A stretch of DNA of 64,000 nt from the NCBI GenBank assembly GCA_002633005.1, contig NMRA01000102.1:370833-434832 (forward strand), in the 5' to 3' direction. The translations under genes were made by a program, and so were the position numbers. The notes below the pieces were generated by a model. It worked only from the letters and a program-made list of their open reading frames with translations. It did no database searches and was not told the DNA's origin. Origin of the DNA: Phoronis australis (lineage: Eukaryota; Animalia; Phoronida). The first letter of the stretch is position 1. Every line of letters starts with the position of its first letter. This document shows positions 39,201 through 52,016 of the stretch, one piece after another.

Positions 39201-42200
39201 TCAGCGATGACTGGCCGTTTAATTTAATGCAAAATAAGTGGAAAATCAAGGAAACATATAATTGTTCATTTCATGTCAATTTATATTAAAATTAATCAAA
39301 AGCATTACCTTTAGAATTTTTTATTCAATTATTTAGCACACATTCTTATATGGGCCCATATGGGAATCCCGGGAGGGTGACTGAGGTCGCCGAAACAGTC
39401 GGAAAAACAAAACGCTTCGTCCAAATTGTTAACAATGTTTATTACAAAGTGTAATTTAGTTGATACAATAACTTTGATGTTAGGAACTTTGCATTCATGT
39501 CTTTTTGAAGTCGAAAGTGTGAACGCAGCACGACTCCGATACGGGCCACTGTAGTGGGTGTGTCTTGTATTGGAATCGGTGACAATAGGCTGTTTAATTT
39601 GGTGCAAGATACGTGTAAACGTTACAACACATATTAGCAATCATATTCAAATTCATTGAAAATTTTATATTAGAAACTTAAGTTTCAAAATAATTCGTCT
39701 TGAAATCCTGCATCCAATGGTCGCCGCCATTTTGACTCGGTCAACCTCAAAAGATTGGAAATTGTATAGCAACACAACGTTTTGCATATCTGTAATAAGA
39801 AGCTATGAAATAAAGTCTGGATTGCATGAAAACGTACCGAATTATAAGGATTTGTAATCAATTGAACATTTTGAATTTAATCAAAAAATATATTCCGATA
39901 TGGGCCGCCAGTATCGTTAGGCCTACGGGAACGACCCAAATATATTGATTTGGGTCGGAACAGTAAAATTAAACGTCGAAGTGCGCCCTGCAGATCTTAA
40001 TTGTAACCAGCCAGCTAGCTGTTTGAAGACTGTGTCGCCAAAATACAGCTATGAGCTCCATTAAACCACGAAATTCCATACAGGCCGAGTATGAGTACTG
40101 TTAGTCACCTTGTCGTGACACTTATATCACAGAGCCAACGACGGACGGGTGCATGCAACATCAGGGAGACAATTTTGACACTGACCTTGCCCCTTGCCAG
40201 TCATTTAAGTCATTGAAAAACAATCTAATGAACATCCTTTTCTAACACAATTCTCCGCCTGTTGAGTTTTGTAACAAAGAAAGTCTGTCGTTTTGAAAAC
40301 AATACACTCGTGACACACGCAAGCGCCGTCCAAAAATTTTGCAACATCACTTGGGACATGACAGCTTCGCAGCAGCAAAGTTTGTAATAAAATTCGGTTT
40401 GCTGGTCTTAAAAATACTAAAAACTTGTAGCAAAGTGAAACCAGTTCCGACAATTTGTTGTGTGACATGTATGCAACCTCGCGGCAGCGAAGAACAGTCG
40501 ATAGAAGAACAAACGGGGGAAAAAAACTGTTCAGGTCAGGTGATGTAATCGCCAAAAGCCGACTCACAGGAGTGCACTTCAATTTTAGCAGTAGATGAGC
40601 AGTAGAACGCCAATTTTTCCAACACCGGTAAATAATTTGGTTTACTCAAAGAAAAGTGGTGTAGCTTTTAATGACATTACTTTTGTTTCAGATTTTCTTT
40701 AGTCATTTTTACCCACATTGGCGCAAAGCTATAGATTTTGTATACAGCTTTGCACCTAGTCTAGAAGAGATCTTGCTGAACGGGAATTTTGTCGTCAGTC
40801 CTTGTCGTGGATACGAATCTATTCCATGCACGGCACACAACGGCATCAGTGGGGAAGTTGTGCAAATGTATGCCATTGCTGCTGACATTGCTACACCCGT
40901 ACACCACACGACACGGCATTTTAGCCCAGAGATCGACAAGTACAGAACGTCCAAAAAATGGCACTCAGCTGTTACGCAGTGTGGCTTCCGAGTAATTTCG
41001 TGGTCACGATGATGTCATATGAACCACTTTGCACTGATTGGTTGAGTTTTTTCTGGGGCGCTCAAAGGGGCTACCGATTATGAGTGGTGTAATATGCGTC
41101 ACAATTTATTACTTTCTGTGGTATGTATGAAACAAAAACAATAATTTTTATGAACAATACTTGCATTTCTGGTGTCATAAAGGTGTTTTAGCCACTGGAG
41201 GCCATCTTTAAGACTTTTTAAGGGTAAAGCATGAGGCCACTCTAAGGTTTAGCAAGCAAGTAGCCTAAACATGAAAATGCTTGAATGACTACTTAACACC
41301 CACACCCACAGTGACCTCTATTTACATTGCTTGAGCAAAAATAAGTTGATTTCATGAGCACCTAGCCTCACTGAAGGTGACATTGAGTTTCTTGTTACCT
41401 GAAAGCCCAATTTTTGTACGATCCTGGCATATTTCCTGGCTGCCAGCTTAGCTTTTTCCTCACTCTTGGCCCCAGTGCAGACCATCTTGCCGGAACTGAA
41501 GATTAGTGCAGTGGTGCGTGGGTCTCGTATCCTCATTATCACAGCAGCAAACCGTTTAGGGTTGTATTCAGCATTGCGTGCGTGTAGAGCAATTTTCTTC
41601 AGATCTAGTCTACATCCTAAGTTGACTGTGCATACAATATTCCTGGAAATATAGCAAAAGTTTTCCGGCAAATTTACAGGTCATTCAGAATCATTAGAAT
41701 TTTCCTGCATACTCGCTACCATAATGCAAATTATAAACCCTGTGAACTCAATAACACGTCTCCAGAATTTCTTTCTTCAGGGCGATAATCCAGGACAATT
41801 AAAGACTGTAACGTTATAAGTACGACTGTCAGGAGTCATCAACTTTGACAGTGTTGCCCAAGTCATCAGATGTATCAGATGTATCAGATGTATCAGCCTC
41901 TTTCAGGTAATGAGTGTCTTAAAATTCTACATTAACATTCACAAAAGTAATTCCGTTCTCAGCCTTACTGTAATTCAGGGGTGATTCCAGAGCCTTCTGA
42001 GGCAGGAGTTGCAGGTGTGAGGGGTGTCAATGGACCTCCTGGCGTAGGAGGGTATAGACTTGAAGACGGGCCAGGGAACATGGGGTTCAGACTGTGGTAT
42101 GGAGTACTTGGCATGCCGGGGGAGAACAAACTTTGCTGTTGCTGAACTGAAGCAGGCTGCAACAGTTGCTGTTGTTGAACAGAGGCAGGCTGCAGCAAAT

Positions 42201-42706
42201 GCTGCTGTTGTGGTTGCTGCTGCTGAAATTGAACTGAGAAGGTCAGTACAGTTTGTATAATGTTGTTACACTAATTTAGCTGTATTTTAGCCCAAGATTA
42301 GTTAAAAATTACGATAAAAAACAAGGGGCTTGCATTTTCTGCCCAAAAAGAGCAAGGAGTAGACAGTCAGACTTTTGAGAAAACCTATTTTTGCTATTTT
42401 TGAGAAACAATAATTTATTGATAAAAATCAAAAAGTTCCACAGTAACAAGTTATGAAATTTAGATTCCTGTTGAAACTGAAAGCACACCACTTTCAAAAG
42501 GTGCCACAATACAATTTAAATGTTTAGTAATTTTACTTTTTTAGACACACATCATAGAAAACAAAATGATTTTTTATGATATTAGACCATAGAATTTTGC
42601 ATGAATACAAAAAGAAATGCCAACGATCGAAATACACCTGTACTTGTCCCGACGGATTCATTCTGTTGCCTAGAAAATCCGGCTGGAAGTTTGATTGGTA
42701 GTTCAT
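33221..42706 (-). CDS. TBP: TATA-box binding protein family gene, complete, 6 coding exons
   Basis: Exons 42638-42706, 41969-42222, 41399-41642, 36768-36871, 35427-35521, 33221-33297. They give a Q/P-rich N-terminus, [13 protein letters not shown], then the core [38 protein letters not shown]...[13 protein letters not shown]...[25 protein letters not shown]. The first exon and the exon-2 acceptor are the least certain. Confidence 0.95.
33957..35387 (-). mobile_element. HIRAN-family TIR element, copy 3, in the last TBP intron; HIRAN-like ORF at 34092-34364
   Basis: TA|CCATATTCGTCCTAATAAG ... CTTATTAGGGCGAATACGG|TA; ORF ...[37 protein letters not shown]...LIDKLKTLL is very similar to copy 1. 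Confidence 0.82.
35685..36014. repeat. 15-bp minisatellite, about 22 copies, in a TBP intron
   Basis: CACTGAAT(G/A)TATC(G/C)T units. Confidence 0.95.
37190..38260 (+). mobile_element. Decayed non-LTR retrotransposon (RT C-terminal region plus RNase H; I-group-like) in a TBP intron
   Basis: [37 protein letters not shown], then RNase H motifs ATDG...[38 protein letters not shown], spread across frameshifts. Confidence 0.8.
38961..41207 (-). mobile_element. Nested DNA-transposon relic with a THAP-domain fragment (Kolobok- or ISL2EU-like)
   Basis: Outer TTAA|AG...CT|TTAA ends; inner inverted repeats 39079-39161 vs 41003-41078 (GTAGCCCC...ACCAATC...TATGACATCATCGT); peptide [11 protein letters not shown]....IHLHNFP......AWNRFV at about 40790-40919. 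Confidence 0.6.
39352..39907. mobile_element. MITE nested in the THAP element
   Basis: TIRs GGCCCATATGGGAAT / ATTCCGATATGGGCC. Confidence 0.5.
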
Positions 42707-43436
42707 TGTGGACACTTGTGGTGACTTGCTAATAACGGATGGCAATCATTACAGTAACAATCCTGGCTTGGCGCTGGGACCCACAAATTATCTTGCAGCC
42801 TTAGTAGTCTAAATTTGTCTATACAGTCTCTAGGTTTGGTAACTCTTTGTCTTGCCTCAGCAGACAAGACCTCGAGGACATAAGACGACTTTCCTGGTGA
42901 TTTTCAAGTTATTGTCTTTAACACTTTATCGTCCTCTTCAAGGCAGAGAAACAATTCAGTCGTATGAACGATTGACACTAACGAGTAACGTGCCAGAACA
43001 CTAACACTGACAGAGTGATTGAACGGTGAACCGGACGGCAGGTGTTTTGTGCAGCGTAACTCTATTACTAAATGAACAAAGGTCAAGCTACGAATCCCTT
43101 ATAATTTCAGTGTTGATGCGAATACAGGCACTATGAACGTATAGCCAAGTTCTGGGTTCGAATATAAGCAACCAAGATACGAGCACCAAACGTTTATGAA
43201 CGTGATCCTAATCGCCGCTATTTCTTCTCGTTACTTGCGAGATCTCGAATAAGATCGCTCCTACTGAACAGCAAACAGATGTAATTTACCATTTTTATAA
43301 AAAATAACAGAGTATGTAGATGTATCGAAACAATTTCATTTTTTATGTCAAAGAAACCAAAATATTGATCGCAAATAAGACTACTTAGAAAATAACAATA
43401 CCTATTTACATTGCGTTAAGCACCCAAGAATTCAAG
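42707..43436. promoter_or_regulatory. Probable bidirectional promoter and 5' UTR region shared by TBP and SPTSSA
   Basis: The two ATGs diverge about 730 bp apart. The stretch is relatively CpG-rich and contains CTTGCGAGATCTCG near 43234, which resembles the TCTCGCGAGA housekeeping motif. Confidence 0.55.
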
Positions 43437-46400
43437 ATGGTGTTGTTTGGACGAGTTTACAATTTTGTGTCTTATTGGTATCTACAATACTTACTCTGCA
43501 CGGCATTGTACATGTTAGAACCTTGGGAAAGAAGAGTTTTCAGTATCCTTTTTTTTTAAAAAGTGAGTTGCAACTGCAATAGAATGGTGATTTTTGAGGC
43601 ACAATGCCAATGGCAAGTCACTTTAAAAGCGAAGTTACCGAAGTAAAAAAACCGGAAATTAGGAAATGCTTTCGTTTGGTAAGCAAAGCTTTTGGGGTTA
43701 GTGTTTACAAACCGACTCCATTAACTTACATACTCGATATTAATATTTTCTGAATCCTCTCGTCATGGTGATCACAGTGATTCCGAAAATGTATTACTCG
43801 TACTGATGAGGCTCTTCATGCATTCACTGTTTTTACGAGGCGTTCATTTGCGGCAGCCGATCTCGAGTGACAGCCATTATAAAACTGTGACACCTCTCGG
43901 CAGGAATGATAACTAAAATGATCATGTGTGTGTCAACAAAAGACCCCAAAATTGGCTAGTATATTGAAGGTACAGCGTGGCACATTAGGGAAACTGAGTA
44001 AAAAATGTAGTATACTCGGGAACCCAATGGTCGTCCGCCTAAGCATAAAACCGACTTGCTGTTGTACTCACCGAATTATTCCACTTCAAAGTTATGATCT
44101 GAATAGGATTCGATTTAACTCTCACAGATATACCGCATTCATCGATTCGGAAGTTTTCTTTAATTTGTGCCGAGTTATTTCAAATGTGCACTGCCTTCGG
44201 CAGCCATTTTATTGTGACACCTAAGTTCGTCATATGCTGCCCCCTTTTGTAAAAACTGAGAAACATGCAGAAAAAGGCCAACGAAGTAATGAAAATTGCA
44301 ACAGCCTGTTTTTATTGACATAAACTCGATTTGAAGCTTTGATGTTGAGCTCTGCACTGTGGTTTCCAATAAAAGCCAATTGGACAACATTTCAATGCAG
44401 TTTAATGGTGAACGTGAGGCAAAAATGTTAAGAACCCAGCGTATCGCATTTGTCTGCGGATTTTTCCTTTGGCCTTCTAGATCCTACTAGTGCCTGGGAC
44501 AAACAGATACATTGCATAAACAAACCCTGGATCATGTTTTGTGTCCCGTCGGAAGAAAATTTAAATTCGAAAACATCTTCTGAAAATGCACAAAAAAGTG
44601 TATTAGTAAAATCTACTGATTTTTAAGTGGTTTTAAAAAACAATCGGTAAACTCACCGATTTTTGTCTCATTACTTTGATACGTGTCTCTTCCGATAAGT
44701 TAGTACCTAACGTGCAGACGAGCACTCCAAATTGGAACGCTAAGTCCCGCGTGGTTGCGCTGCACGCGAAACAAGATGGCGGACGACCTTTGGAGCCTGA
44801 CGACAATAGGTAACCGGACTATAATAGCTGAAATTACCTGATTCGGGGATCGAACCAGCAACCCCCATAAAACTGGCATGCGTGCTAACCATTCAGCTAA
44901 TAGGCAATTGCCCGTTAGCGAGTAGCTAACAGAGGCTCATATGATTCACCGGAAGCACATCTACAACAAAAACAGCAAAGTCATTTATAAAGGATTGCCT
45001 CTTCAAAACTTCTTCTTAAGAAAAAACACGAGAGTGCATGTTCTCGCAGACAAATATCGTCCTCGAAAACACTTGACACATCACGGACATGATTTCGTCT
45101 TAAGGTGGACATGTGTCGTCTCAGAGACAAAAACTGTTTCAAAGAACTGTAATTAGGTAATAAGATAAAGTTCTTATATCACTGGGAGGCTAGAATACGC
45201 GAACACAGAAACACATTCTGCATCGAACCAACTTCACTCTAGGTTAACCACTAGTTATCAATCCTGGCAAAATGAGTCGCACTTTTAAAAATGGCTGCCT
45301 CACTAAATCTGCGTTACAAATGAATGCCTTGGAAAAATCGAAATTTTTGAATAAGAAGCGAGCAATCAGTACAAGTATTACATATTTGGAATCACCATGA
45401 CAAGAGGATTGAGGAAATAGTAGTATCAAGTATAGTGGCGGATCTAGGATAACATAAGGGGGGGGGCCAAATTGTTGCCTCGGGGCATTGGGCAAAGCGC
45501 GATTGTATGCAAAAGTTGCGGGGGCCGAAGATGTGCGCTTCCTGCTCGCAAAATCTACTAAAAAAACCCCGACTCCGATTCCCCCGCCTGACCTCAATTC
45601 TTCCTCACACTTCACGTTGTTGCTGTTTCATTTTGCCTGCGGCAGCCAAGGGGGAGGGGGGCCCGGGTCTGCTGGGCCCTCCCCTAAATCCGCCTATGAA
45701 GTATGTATATTAATAGAGTCAGATTGTAAACACTAACCAGCTTTTGTATTTATGGAAGTAACTCTTGTAGAACGCATTTGGAAAAAGCTGTAAATTGACC
45801 GTGAGCGACCAGCCTCATATCGAACTAAAAATATGGAAATCAGAGACCTGTTTTTGAATGAATGCCAGGTTTCAGCTAGGCAGCACATAGCCCCTCGATT
45901 GGCTGGATAGGGGCTACAATACTTCCCATCGTTTTCTGTACTAATTTTGTCCCTTGTATTTAAAACAGGCGGTAGGGGAAATGCGCTCACTGACTAAGAG
46001 GTTTTTACATCGTCAAAAATACATTTTACACTTAAAATTATCACTTAAAAAGCGCTTACTTTCTTCAGCGATCCTTTCTGGTTCTGTTCATTTCTTTAAT
46101 GACGAACTAAGATGACTTTGGCGAAGAATTCCAGCTCCCCTTGGTTGCCGTTAACTTTTTCACCTCGTGAGATAAGTATTTCAACTGAGTCACGTGAGCT
46201 AGGCAAAAAGTAGCGCAAAACTGAGCGAAGCGCTGGACCTGGCGTGTGACACTTGCAAAATAGCATGGATAGATATCAGGTGGAATTTGTAAGATTTGTG
46301 TCTCATGGACTTTTGTTCGTCAACAGATGTGATTTCACGTAATTTCCTCAAAATGCCAAGAAATATCTTTCTGATAGTGAATAATGTTAATCACAGCAAA

Positions 46401-49400
46401 AAAATGACTCCAACGGTTTATTCCATTTTTAACATTCATTCTTCCAAAATAGTCTGTTGTCAATTGACACACTTATTCACTAATACCCATGCACTACACA
46501 AAGCGAATAGCAACTCTTACAAAGTGCTATTGATTAATTGTGTTCATAATATTAATTTATTCTCCTCAGAATGCATTATAGCCTAGTCTTACCTTGTCTG
46601 CTCAAGGTGTTCCCAGTATGTCAAAGGCATCAAATGTTTAATTATTAATGATATTCATGGATTAATCACATCGGAGAAGTGTCACGAGAAACTATTACAC
46701 ACCTCCCCACATTTATTGTTTGTCACGAGAAACTATTACACACCACCCCACATTTATTGTTTGTCACGAGAAACTATTACACACCACCCCACATTTATTG
46801 TTTGTCACGAGAAACTATTACACACCACCCCACATTTCTTGTTTGTCAACTTCGTTTCTGACAATAGTTGAAAAATGATAGACCATTGGGTAAGGTAATA
46901 ATTTTTTTTAATGTTTTTATTTTGCTCTAGCATGATAATTAAATGTCACGTAAAACAATACAGTATACATAATTTACAAAGAATAACATTAAATCACTCG
47001 TTAAAAAGTACCGTGTTTTCTTCAGGATGTAACTTAATAAAGTTTCCGAACATTTGGAAATTGAGATTTTTTAAACAAACTTTTGGCTAAATATGTAATT
47101 TTTGCTAGTATTATCAACAGATTAATGTTACAATTTTTCGACTGAGTGTTTCTCAAAACAACTAACTGTTATTTTGTTCACATGTAAATTTACATGATAT
47201 GTTTGCTTTAACCACTCAGCAAACAGAAGCCAGAGAGTGGAAACAAGACAACATTTCAAAACAGATGGAGAAAATTTTCACTGTGTTCACCACAGAAAGA
47301 GCATAAATCACTTGTTTTTACTTTAATTTCATGCTAATAATTATTGGTTGCCAATATTCAGTGAATTTAAGCGGTATTGAAACCAACGCAATTTTGTATC
47401 TTTTGTGCAATTGAAGGGAACTGAGTTTATTTACTTTTCTCTACCATGTATCAGGGTCACTAAAATTTACATCATTTATAACAATGTTTATATCTATAAC
47501 AGATGACCACTTGTTTTTATGTTTACAAGCTGTCTAAAGTGTCTGTACTAAGGAGTCATAAATATTTACCGCTTGTGATTTATTATGAAAAATTTTATAA
47601 ATATAACTTGGAAAAATTGGTAAAAAGACATTGTCTTGTCTATTCTTAAGATCTCTTTATGCTGCAAAGGTTGCACTTCTTAATACATATAATTCTAGTA
47701 TTGGAGGTTGAAAGTTATAACTGTCAGAATTCTTTGTAGGACATAAAAGAACCTTCAGCATTAAACAAATCACACACAAGATAGACTCCCTTTTCATACC
47801 AGGTCTTGTAGAAAATAGATTTTCTATCGACTTTAATCTTTGAATTGTACCACAGGGGATAGTGAATAATATTTCATTTTTGTCACTCATTTGAAACATG
47901 AGTTCAACATCGCTTAAAACTTCCTTCCAGAACAGATTGTCGGTTCCTTCAGCTATTTTTTTAAGGAATGCGTCCCCCATTTTAAACTTTACAACCCGAA
48001 ACTGCCACTGCAAGGTCACATATGGTATTTGAGTTGAATATTTTACGATGCTGCGATATTTTCAGACTTCATAAAAAACAAATACGAACCAATTTTAAAC
48101 CACCATTATCCTGATTTTGTACAATTTCATTTCGGCTAACTCTGTCATTCTTCCCATTCCAAATGAAGCCAAAAAACTCTAATTCTTGAATTTTGTCAAT
48201 GGAGGGGCTAGGGAGGGATTGCAGCAAATGAACAATCTTGGGCAATAAAAGTGTCTTAACCACGGTTATTTTACCTAAAACAATAAGAATTCTTCTTGAC
48301 TAAGAACCCACCATTTTCTTAATTTCCAAAAGTCTGCCACTATAGTTGGTATCTGGCATTGTATTATAATCAGTGGAAAAGTTAATTCCCAAAACATGAA
48401 AGGTTTGTTAGTCCGTAACAGGTTTTCATTGACACAAAGTTTTTCGTCCAAACACATCTTGTTTCCTTGATATTTGGCTTCAAACCAGAAAATTTCGCAA
48501 ATTGGTGAATTAAATTCAAAGATGACCTAAGAGATAATTCAGAACCGTCCAAAATTAAACAACTGTCGTCGGCGTACTCGATCAGTTTAAACTCAGAAAC
48601 ACCTATCCTGACCCCATTGATGCCACCATCCCGTCAAATAAAATTGCCCAACATTTCTACACATATTACAAAAAAAATAAGGGGAAATGGTGTCTCCTTG
48701 ATGACGGCCTCTCTCCATTTCAAAAAGGTAAGGTAATAATTTGGGAACCTACACTTGCTTCAATTTGGCATAGGCATCAGTTCGGCTCCTTAGCTGGCAC
48801 CAAATTGAAGTGCACCCGATCAGTTTGGCGCATGTAGTAGTTTCCTAAGTTTTATTTTTTACTTACTCAACTTAGTCATCATGTACCCTTTGGGGGGTGC
48901 ACATACAGTGTTGGACAAAACCTTTAATTAGTGACAACAAGGTGGAAGTGCAATATTGGCAATGACCTAAGAGGAAAAACTCTGAAATTTATCCCTACTC
49001 GAATGAGGGACAGAGTTTCACGGCGTCGAATTTGTGTGTGCCCCCAATAACACTTTTTGCCTTACCATAGGGCTGATAGTGTAAGATTACTAGGTCATGA
49101 AACAGACTTTAACATACTTTTTTGTTCAAAAAGTTAGGTCTCTCTTTGTTTGTGCACATTCCCTTTCCATTCATGGTTAGTATACTCGAAAGTGGGGTGT
49201 TAACATGTAGCAAGGCTAGAATCGTATTGGCCAGGAGTTGCAGGCATTCAAGTGGTTCACTATTATGTGATATAATACACTGTGCCATTGCATGCAAATG
49301 TAACCTACCAATGAATAAATTAAGAAGCCTTCTTTAAACATTTTGTGATTGTAGTTTTGTGTCTTGCTTCTGGGCTCAACTCAAATCTCCACTGTTAAAG

Positions 49401-50150
49401 AGATACCCAACTATTTTGTCGATAACCTTGTTGTCTAGTTATCTGGCAGAGGATTTTTTCATGTTAATTTCTGTTCCATGTAATGCTCCATATGCATCAT
49501 TAGAAAATGACCGAACATTGCAGCAAAAGGCCTGCATCTTGACGTAGCATCCACGTCTATTGAGCAGATATAAACAGGGGTGGATTTTCAGTTACGGGAA
49601 GGGGGGACAGGACAGAGTATTAGTGCCAAATGGAATCTGGGATAATTTTTGGGGGTCATGGCACCCTTGCCCCACCCCCTCCTAAATCTGCCATTAATAA
49701 GTAACTGACACAGGCTGTGTTCAATAGTGACCCGGACAATGTGTTTGCTGAATGTGAATGTGGAACCAAGATGCGAGCCTTCTGCTGGGCCATAAGCATC
49801 ACTTTCTATTGATCCATGAATAGTAAAGACAGTCCAGGTAAACAGTAATTAATGGAGAAAAATGTCTATCCAAGATAACCAGGGATTTGTACTTTCAGTA
49901 AAGCTAACAGGAAAAATGGTTGTTTTCCCCATTATGTCGTTATATGAGTTTTAATCTGATGATTAAATTTGCATCACTTTGTTACATACCTTTTACCTTA
50001 ACTCTTGTTCCAGACTCTATTATTGTCGCTTTGGCAGCAATGTCAATATATACCACATACCTTTTCTTGCCTGATCATGCCATGGCCATTTGGAGGTATC
50101 TAATGTACAAGTTAGATGGCAATGTAAAGGAAGACCCTTTTGTACAGTAA
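43437..50150 (+). CDS. SPTSSA: Serine palmitoyltransferase small subunit (ssSPTa-like), 80 aa, 2 coding exons
   Basis: Exon 43437-43542 (MVLFGRVYNFVSYWYLQYLLCTALYMLEPWERRVF) joins exon 50014-50150 (NSIIVALAAMSIYTTYLFLPDHAMAIWRYL...*). The YMLEPWERxxFNS signature is rebuilt across the junction. Exon 1 is missing from the supplied ORF track. Confidence 0.92.
44836..44905 (-). pseudogene. Degenerate tRNA-like sequence (tRNA pseudogene or SINE head)
   Basis: TAGCTGAATGGTTAGCAC (A box) and GGTTCGATCCC (B box) at tRNA-like spacing, but the stems pair poorly. Confidence 0.45.
45433..45698. mobile_element. hAT-like G/C-rich MITE; related pieces at 22253-22400 and 49575-49696
   Basis: Termini TAGTGGCGGATCTAGG ... 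CCCTAAATCCGCCTATG. Confidence 0.6.
46680..46848. repeat. 41-bp tandem repeat, 4 copies
   Basis: TGTCACGAGAAACTATTACACACCACCCCACATTTATTGTT. Confidence 0.9.
46905..48726 (-). mobile_element. 5'-truncated L1/Tx1-clade LINE relic with a 16-bp target-site duplication
   Basis: Minus-strand RT motifs G.HQGDTISP, EYADD and FIWNGKNDRVSR...NGGL; A-rich 3' end; GGTAAGGTAATAATTT repeated at 46889-46904 and 48727-48742. Confidence 0.8.
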
Positions 50151-51769
50151 ATCTATTCACTTGAAGTGTGAAGGAGAGGACACAGTGTGTAGTCATCAAA
50201 CGTGTGGAATCTGAATGAAGATCATTTTACTCACTCAAGGAACTTGGTAGAGGACTGAATGAACTCTGCTTTGAACAGTCATTGTACATTCTTAACATGT
50301 GAATGAATTACACAAGTTGGATACGTGAATGGCGATCATTATGTGCACAAGTCGTTAATTTGCAAAACAGCTTGTTGAGCATTTGTTAAAAAATTGTTGT
50401 TCTAAAAATACTTTGTAGATATTAAGTTTATCACTTTTTGGTAAATTTTTCCAGCAGCCGTGATACGTGCCTAAAGTAACTGGACCAGACATTTGCTGAA
50501 ATTGAAACAAATTGAAGCTTATCAGTTTGGTACTGTTTTATTCATGATCATAACTGTTGAAATTCTGCTTTGTAGACGAACCATTGGTTGGTGCTCTTGA
50601 TGATTTGTATTTGAAATTCAAGAATAGTGTCATTGCAGCAAATTCTCGTTTATTGCTTTTGAATTTGTTTGCAATCAGTCTTGTTGGTGATGTTGCTTTT
50701 TTAACGAAGTTGATCAGAATAGAATAGCTCTCACACTTCTTCCAGAGTAAATTAGTTTTATTGACTTGTAATGCAACCATTGGCAAAGCAATGCCCCATT
50801 TCAGTAATCATGCAATTTGTGCTATGAAACATTATGACTCATGGAGGCTTTAAAACTGGAGTTTCCGAATTTCTGACATTGTTCATTCTGATACTTAGTT
50901 TGTGCTCTGTTTTCAGTTTGTTTTGCTTTATAAGTTATTTTGTTATTTCATTATAGTGGTGGCTACTTTTTATCAAAGCCTCGGGCACTGCCATCTTTTG
51001 AAATCATTTGTTTTGGTTTGTGTTTCGAGGTAGAATTCTTTGTTATTTTAACTACACTGATTTAGCGTTCCTAACAATACACGAAAAAACAATGGACTGA
51101 ACAGAGTTCATTGATTGCTTCAACTTAAAGATTCACAACTGTTAAGTTGATTAATTCGATTTTGCAATTTACGATTTTGACTTGACCTAATTAACATTGC
51201 TTGAAAATTCCCCTTTGTGGTATATCTGTTCAGTTATTGCTCAAATAAATTACAACAGAGAATTAGTTTACACACCTTCTACATAGAGTTGCATGCATTT
51301 GTGATGATGAAATTGTATCTGTGTATTCCAAGAAGTACTGTGAAGTTAAAGATTTCAAAATGCTTCTGTACTGGTACATGACGGCCATATTGGCCTGATA
51401 TCAAGGTCACGTGCTCTTGTGTGTGATATCAAATGCATAGCAAAAATAAAATTTGAAATGGCAGAAATTTTACTTTTATTTTTTTCAACAATGCATTGTG
51501 AACCAAGCACAACTGGGGAGACCTGTATACTTTTGTGTTGTCAGCATTTTATTTGTGCTGTCAGCATTTGCCTTTAGTTATTTTTTAAAAACACAAATCA
51601 CATGTTAGGTAACTTATATTTTAATCATGCTGTTCACGGTGTCAAATGATCCAGTGTTCTTAAGTCTACTGTGAAATGTTTTTTCACATCCTTTTGAATC
51701 TCAAAGCCACTTTGATTTAAAGAACATTTTGCAAAGGTTTTTAACCCTAACGAGGAAATATCTCGAGGG

Positions 51770-52016
51770 GGGGTCCGTTCTATGAAGCTGACTTCAGTTC
51801 ATTTTTGACTTGAGGCTAAAATTTGTCTCAACCTCCAAACTCTGAATCTTCCACATCCGGTAAGTTAGTCAAAATTAAGACAGACATTTAGTGAAAAAAA
51901 TTAAAGTCAAACTTAAGGTATCTTTCTTGAAATGAACTGAAGACAAATTTAAGTTTTATGTTAAAATTAACTAAATTTATTTGTATTAGTTAAGTCAGTT
52001 TTCTTGGAACGGGCCC
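51770..52016. mobile_element. PIF/Harbinger-like MITE
   Basis: TIRs GGGTCCGTTCTATGAAGCTGACTT / AAGTCAGTTTTCTTGGAACGGGCCC. Confidence 0.6.

Larger units (their letters stand above)
43543..50013 (+). other. U12-type (minor spliceosome) GT-AG intron of SPTSSA
   Basis: 5' splice site GTATCCTTT at 43543; branch sequence TTTTACCTTAAC at 49991-50002, lying 11 nt before the exon start at 50014. Confidence 0.9.

Noticed and set aside
43802-43830. CTGATGAG possible hammerhead core
   Set aside because: No stem II followed by GAAA downstream.
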